Below are positions 59,037 through 64,000 of a DNA stretch of 64,000 nucleotides, piece after piece (the first letter of the stretch is position 1; the number at the start of each line of letters is the position of its first letter). The position numbers and the translations under genes were made by a program. Source of the DNA: Candidatus Neomicrothrix sp. UBA6944. GTDB lineage: Bacteria > Actinomycetota > Acidimicrobiia > Acidimicrobiales > Poriferisodalaceae. Location of the stretch: the NCBI GenBank assembly GCA_002448715.1, contig DJZU01000095.1, positions 22,179 through 86,178 on the forward strand. Reading direction: 5' to 3'. The notes under the pieces were generated by a model that saw nothing but the letters and a program-made list of their open reading frames with translations, was not told the DNA's origin and did no database searches.

Positions 59037-61321
59037 TGAATCTCTACGCAGAATCCACCGGCCACTTTGTCGATCGCGCAGTCGGAAAAGTGACTGATCT
59101 TGAAACAGGTGATCGAGTTGCCGACGCCGTCGCTTCTGCAGTCGAATTCGTCGCCCTAATTGGCGTTTTCGCCATTCCTCTTCTGTTTCTTCTTGGATCG
59201 GCAAGAAGAAGACAAATATCGGCTGCTGTTGGGGGTGCTGTAGCCCTTCTGGGGGTTCTTTGGTACAGAAGCATCGGCGATTGGGATCAGCGTAAAAATA
59301 CAGTGCTGGACAAGTGGCAGATACCCGTTGGCGATTGGGTTGAGCAAATTACTGTCTGGGTGGACCTCAATATGAAAGAAACGTTGGCGGTCATAAAATG
59401 GCCGTTCCAGACGATGCTTGAGGTCGTAGTGGACGACTGGCTTCTCGGACTCTCCTGGATGACCGTTTGCCTGGCAACCTTGGTTGCTGGCTGGGCCTTT
59501 CGCGGGCTCCAAGTTGGAGTTGGGTCGTTCCTGGGTCTCACCATTTGTGGGCTTCTAGGAGACGAGTATTGGAAGGAAACCGCTAGGACTATTGGCTTCA
59601 TAGCCGTCGCCGTGATCCTATGCGTCATCATCGGCATCCCAGTTGGAGTCGCCTGCGGGCGCATGGACGGTGTGTGGAGAGTAGTACGACCCCTCCTAGA
59701 CGCTATGCAAGTCGTGCACTCCTTCGTGTACATGTTGCCGTTTGTCTTTTTCTTTGGGGTTGGTTTCGTTTCAGCAACGATGGTAACGATGGTCTTCGCT
59801 CTACCTCCTCTTATTCGATTAACCAACTTAGGAATCAGACAAGTGCCCGAGGATGTAGTGGAAGCTGCACGCGCCTACGGAGCATCTGAACGAAGAGTCT
59901 TGACAGACGTTCAACTACCCCTCGCTCGCGCTGCCCTGATGACTGGCATCAACCAAACCTTGCTGCTCGCCATATCCATGCTTGGCATAGCAGCGATCAT
60001 GGGCGCGGGAGGCTTGGGTCGCCTTTTGTATAGATCCATAGCCAACCAAGACATCGCCCTCGCCGGTTCCGGTGGCCTTGCATTCTTTATCGTTGCAGTC
60101 GTACTCGATCGCCTCACCCAACCGGATGACTCTGACAAAGCTGGTCTCTTTAGCCGGATTACGGCCGCGTGGAAGAACACGCGCACTCCAGAAGCTCTGC
60201 TACCCGACAACAAAGATGATGGAAGCGCTCAAGAACCTGTAGACCAAGAAACAGAAGAAGCTAAATACGAACCACTTGGCGCCAAAGAGCGCCTCGCTAT
60301 GCTCTGCGCAGGTGCTGGTGCCCTCATCGCTGCAATAGCGCTGTTGCTACCTTGGAACAGCGGAACAGGACATGTGTCCGCGTATGGTCGTTTCACCGAT
60401 AATGAGCTCGCCGGGCAGAGCTTTAACGGTTTGGCGGCATCGGGTGGCTCATGGTTCGGAATCATCATCTTGCTGTGCGTTCTAGCGGTCGGCGGGGCTC
60501 TGTACTCGACAGCGTGGTTCGCAGGCCAGCGAAATAGGTGGCTTGGCCCAGACGGTGCGACAATCTTTAGCCTCGCCGCCGCAGTTACGGCCCTATCTGC
60601 CACACTAGCCAACGCTCCAGACAGCGCTTCAGGCTTTCAACGCTCGTCAGGCGTCTACCTAGCACTGGTCGGATGCCTCATCATGGCAGCAGGTTCAATA
60701 ACCTGGGTATGGAACGCCCCCATGGGAGCGCGACGACCGCTGTCCTCGGGCTTTAACTGGGGTCGCATGTTTGGGGCGTCCTTTGCTCTGGTATTAATAG
60801 TGATGGCTGGTTACTCCGGATGGACCTTCGACACCCGAGCTGACTCGGTAATAGGACCAGAGCTCCAGATAGAACTCGACGCGCTTGCTGAGCAAAGCAA
60901 AATCGCCGAAGAGGCCGGTGATCTGGCCAAGGCCGGATCTCTCGCTGCAGAGTTCACTGCCCTAATCTCTTACGCGCAAAGGACCGGGGACGTTATCTAT
61001 GACGGCTACACAGACGAGGGAGCTGGACTTGGTTGGCTTGCTCTCTTCTTAGGACTGTTAGCACTCCTCGTGGCTATACCGGCCTCCGGCTTTTTGTCGC
61101 AAGAGGAGCTGTTCCTATACAAGTGGTGTTCCGTTGTATGCGGCTTAGGCCTCGGGCTGCTGCTTATAAGCGTCGCTTGGATCGGGAGCATATCGAGGGT
61201 GGCGGAAACCAACCTCGTCTCGGGCGTCGGTGCCGTGTTTTTGCTGTTCGCGGGGGTTACGACCGCTGCGAGTGCCCGAGGCACCCTTTCGGAATTCGAC
61301 CGAAAACAGGTATACACATAA
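59033..61321 (+). CDS. proW: Glycine betaine/proline ABC permease with long N- and C-terminal membrane extensions
   Basis: PLLDAMQ..FVYM, PPLIRLTNLGIRQV, EAA loop, GINQT, LDRLTQ; about 400 further residues follow. Confidence 0.9.
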   Translation: MMNLYAESTGHFVDRAVGKVTDLETGDRVADAVASAVEFVALIGVFAIPLLFLLGSARRRQISAAVGGAVALLGVLWYRSIGDWDQRKNTVLDKWQIPVGDWVEQITVWVDLNMKETLAVIKWPFQTMLEVVVDDWLLGLSWMTVCLATLVAGWAFRGLQVGVGSFLGLTICGLLGDEYWKETARTIGFIAVAVILCVIIGIPVGVACGRMDGVWRVVRPLLDAMQVVHSFVYMLPFVFFFGVGFVSATMVTMVFALPPLIRLTNLGIRQVPEDVVEAARAYGASERRVLTDVQLPLARAALMTGINQTLLLAISMLGIAAIMGAGGLGRLLYRSIANQDIALAGSGGLAFFIVAVVLDRLTQPDDSDKAGLFSRITAAWKNTRTPEALLPDNKDDGSAQEPVDQETEEAKYEPLGAKERLAMLCAGAGALIAAIALLLPWNSGTGHVSAYGRFTDNELAGQSFNGLAASGGSWFGIIILLCVLAVGGALYSTAWFAGQRNRWLGPDGATIFSLAAAVTALSATLANAPDSASGFQRSSGVYLALVGCLIMAAGSITWVWNAPMGARRPLSSGFNWGRMFGASFALVLIVMAGYSGWTFDTRADSVIGPELQIELDALAEQSKIAEEAGDLAKAGSLAAEFTALISYAQRTGDVIYDGYTDEGAGLGWLALFLGLLALLVAIPASGFLSQEELFLYKWCSVVCGLGLGLLLISVAWIGSISRVAETNLVSGVGAVFLLFAGVTTAASARGTLSEFDRKQVYT

Positions 61322-61456
61322 CAGCTTCGCTACAAAAGGTTGGTGAGAGTGCCGCAATGTACGGTTCTTCGCTCTTTAGCGACTAACCTCCTTTTGGCGT
61401 GTCTGGGCACCACCCATAGACCGCAATAACAAGGGACTCTAGGGAGGGCCCCATTT

Positions 61457-62617
61457 ATGAACAAGAAATCAACTACGCGCTTGCTAGCAGTAGCTACAGC
61501 TGCGCTTCTGATACTTGCTGCTTGCGGCAGCGACGACGATTCGAGTTCCGGCAGTGCTTCAGAGGCAGAGGCATCCGCTTCAGCTTCTGAGGCCGCAATG
61601 AACATGACCCCCGGTGAGGGCGTCCCTGTTACTGCTGGTCGGGCTAACTGGAGCACCGGTTATGTACAGGCTGAAATCTACACAGCCCTACTCAGGGAAC
61701 TCGGCTACACAGTGTCCGAATCAGCCGATATGGAACTCGGACCACAGAACGCTTTCATGGCTATGGCTTCTGGAGACATGGACTTCTGGGCCAACTCGTG
61801 GATGCCAGGCCACCAAAGCTGGCTCAATGGCGAAATGACCGACGGATCACTAGTTGGCGATCACGTATCGGTCATTGGTGAAGAAATGGTTGCTGGCGGC
61901 CTTCAAGGCATGCTGATCACCAAAGGCTTCGCCGAGGAGTACCAAGTTTGGACACTTGAGGACCTCGACGGCAACGCTGACGCGATAGCTGCATATGACG
62001 CCACCGACGCCAACCCTGGCAACGGAATGGTCGATATCTTTGGCTGCCCAGAAGACTGGACCTGTGACAACATCATTAACTCACAGCTCGCAGGCGGCGG
62101 TTACAAGAACCTTCAGCAGGTAAAGGCTGGCTATGACGCAATGTGGGCACAAGCTGTCGACATGGTCAACGAAGGCCTCCCAGTTGTGGCGTACACATGG
62201 ACGCCATCGGCGTACATCACACAGATCCGTCCAGGTGACAACGCTTATTGGATCGGCATGGACTACGTCCTTGACGACTCCAACCCAAATCAGCAAGAGG
62301 GTGGTGAAGCTTGGGACCAGCGCCCAGGTACCGCAGCCATCGGCGCGGACATGTGCCCCGCTCAAAACGCTGACGGCCTTTGCAAAATCGGTTGGGTAGC
62401 AGCTGACATTAAAGCAGCCGCCAACAACGATTTCTTGGACGAAAACCCAGCAGCCAAGCAGCTTCTGACAGACATCAAGCTGTCGGTAATGGACGTATCA
62501 GTAGCCAACGTGGCCCAGGGTGAAGGCGCAGATCCTAAAGATCTTGCAGCTGACTGGATTGCAGCAAACCGCGGATTAGTAGACGGTTGGCTTGACGCCG
62601 CTCGCGCTGCTAGCTGA
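61457..62617 (+). CDS. proX: Glycine betaine/proline ABC substrate-binding lipoprotein
   Basis: Lipobox LAAC, GDMDFWANSWMP, GCPEDWTC, YTWTP, ADWIAAN. Confidence 0.9.
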   Translation: MNKKSTTRLLAVATAALLILAACGSDDDSSSGSASEAEASASASEAAMNMTPGEGVPVTAGRANWSTGYVQAEIYTALLRELGYTVSESADMELGPQNAFMAMASGDMDFWANSWMPGHQSWLNGEMTDGSLVGDHVSVIGEEMVAGGLQGMLITKGFAEEYQVWTLEDLDGNADAIAAYDATDANPGNGMVDIFGCPEDWTCDNIINSQLAGGGYKNLQQVKAGYDAMWAQAVDMVNEGLPVVAYTWTPSAYITQIRPGDNAYWIGMDYVLDDSNPNQQEGGEAWDQRPGTAAIGADMCPAQNADGLCKIGWVAADIKAAANNDFLDENPAAKQLLTDIKLSVMDVSVANVAQGEGADPKDLAADWIAANRGLVDGWLDAARAAS

Positions 62618-62661
62618 TATTTAGATATATCCACCCCCCACGGGGATGGAAACACGCTTAG

Positions 62662-62689
62662 AGAGGGCGGGGCTGAAGCCCCGCCCTCT
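62662..62689. terminator. Strong hairpin between convergent proX and LLM genes
   Basis: AGAGGGCGGGGC-TGAA-GCCCCGCCCTCT, a perfect 12-bp stem; no long U tract. Confidence 0.75.
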
Positions 62690-62806
62690 GTGCGTTCCAC
62701 ATAACTATTTGGCCACGACTACGTTGCGCCAACATTCCTCCAATGCAACGCGACGAGACCCAACAAGACCCGCACCGCACGAACATCCAGCGTTACGGAT
62801 GAACGC

Positions 62807-63835
62807 TTAGGTGGCGATCACGTGTTCTACGAATGCTTCCAACGTCACATGAGCTTCTCTAGCTGAGACGTTACCGAAGGCAGGACAAATAGTGACGTGC
62901 CCCAGTGTGGATTCTTCTTCCAGGCGCAGAAAGTATTCCCTTACCTGCACTGGCGATCCAGCAATCAGAGACTCAGTCGCCACCGCCATCTCAACATCGC
63001 CCAAAAAACTCGGCACCATCGTCGGAGGCCAAAGATCATATTTTCTGAACAACTTTGTCAGGTTCGCATCAAAATGACCCCACGCCCGTTCCGCAACCTT
63101 CTTAGCCTCCTCACTGGTGGGTGCTATCACGACCCGGCGAAGTGTTGAAACCGTCGGAACGTAACCGCCCGCACCATCGCTCTTCTGCTCGTCGTGAAAT
63201 GCGGCAACCTTTTCGGGAAGTGTCGAGATCGGACCAGGGATGATGGTACTTACTCCCATTTCGGCAGCCGTTGTCGGATTACCAGGTCGCCACAACGGAG
63301 GGTGCGGTCTTTGGAAAGGATCAATTTCCAAAGGGTGATCACTCGCCGACCAAAACTGCCCGTCGAATGAGAAAAGACAGCCAAGTCCTTCGTCCGTAAC
63401 CAGTTCCATAGCACCCAGAACAAATGTCAATGCCTCGTCGGTGCGAGCTAGCGCCTCGTCGGGTGGGACACCCCACAGGAGTTGCTCTGGTGGACTTACA
63501 CCTTTCCCAAAACCAATATCTAAACGGCCCTGGCTGAGGTGGTCCAACATGCACAACTCTTCATATAAACGAAGGGGCTCATAAAAGGGCAACAAGTGCA
63601 CGAGCGAAGCAATACGCATCCGCTTAGTTACCTGAATCACTGCGCTCAGAAACACGTTGATGCTGGGCGCAATATCCAACGGAACGTTATGGTGCTCCGA
63701 CTTGAACCAATGACTGAATCCGCCCTCATCGGCCAGGCGCGCCAGGTCAAGATGCGATTGGTATTGAGACGCTATGTCGGCAGTTCCGTCGTTTTCGAGT
63801 TGATCGAAAATTCCAAAGTTTAAAGACGAAGTCAT
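62807..63835 (-). CDS. LLM-class (luciferase-like) flavin-dependent oxidoreductase
   Basis: FGIFD, SEHH, PLRLYEELCMLDHLSQGRLDIGFGKG, QRPHPPLW. Confidence 0.92.
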   Translation of the reverse strand: MTSSLNFGIFDQLENDGTADIASQYQSHLDLARLADEGGFSHWFKSEHHNVPLDIAPSINVFLSAVIQVTKRMRIASLVHLLPFYEPLRLYEELCMLDHLSQGRLDIGFGKGVSPPEQLLWGVPPDEALARTDEALTFVLGAMELVTDEGLGCLFSFDGQFWSASDHPLEIDPFQRPHPPLWRPGNPTTAAEMGVSTIIPGPISTLPEKVAAFHDEQKSDGAGGYVPTVSTLRRVVIAPTSEEAKKVAERAWGHFDANLTKLFRKYDLWPPTMVPSFLGDVEMAVATESLIAGSPVQVREYFLRLEEESTLGHVTICPAFGNVSAREAHVTLEAFVEHVIAT

Positions 63836-63999
63836 TCCAGAAGTTCCGGCAGAACCTGTGGTTGTGCTGAAGCCGTAACTCGAGCGAGACCTCCATCAAC
63901 TGCCAGGGTTTCACCTGTCACATATCGGGAAGCATCCGACGCAAAGAACATCACAACGTCGGCTATATCGTCACCAAAACCCCACCGTTTGAGAGCAAT
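63832..63999 (-). CDS. SDR oxidoreductase C-terminus, truncated by the window edge (absent from the ORF track)
   Basis: Manual translation IALKRWGFGDDIADVVMFFASDASRYMTGETLAVDGG..LLE*; stop overlaps the LLM start (ATGA). Confidence 0.85.
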   Translation of the reverse strand: MALKRWGFGDDIADVVMFFASDASRYVTGETLAVDGGLARVTASAQPQVLPELLE

Positions 64000-64000
64000 C

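Noticed and set aside
61530..61600. Short repeats in the proX 5' region (SASEAEASASASEA)
   Set aside because: Ordinary low-complexity lipoprotein linker.
1..64000. CRISPR arrays, tRNA/rRNA, riboswitches, IS elements, prophage or defence genes
   Set aside because: None recognised by eye. Intergenic gaps are short and show no repeat-spacer or cloverleaf pattern. An Rfam/Infernal scan of 12123-12350, 37811-37960, 46261-46437 and 61322-61456 would be needed to exclude small RNAs.

Overview
Gene-dense bacterial chromosomal segment of about 57 CDSs, almost all metabolic. I found no rRNA, tRNA, CRISPR array, phage or transposase. Gene content and repeated leaderless-type promoters suggest an actinobacterium, possibly Acidimicrobiia (inference). 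The main result is two ORF pairs that the ORF track splits at an in-frame TGA but that read as single selenoproteins, each with a SECIS-like hairpin just 3' of the UGA. One is a formate dehydrogenase catalytic subunit (NNIDSCNRT-U-HAPS, 6896..4968). The other is a 189-aa AhpD/CMD-like protein with a CxxU motif (NECFH-U, 37810..37241). The Sec-FDH lies in a 15-kb choline/betaine C1-oxidation cluster (betA, MFS, split FDH, IclR, etfAB, dimethylglycine/sarcosine dehydrogenase, fhs, metF) with candidate shared IclR operators. Other notable items are an LvaA-LvaB-like fusion, an operon of enzyme homologues lacking their usual catalytic residues, glnS, modABC, a dimethylformamidase large subunit coupled to a rhodanese, and a proVWX transporter with an unusually long permease. 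All family assignments come from motif recognition, not database searches.
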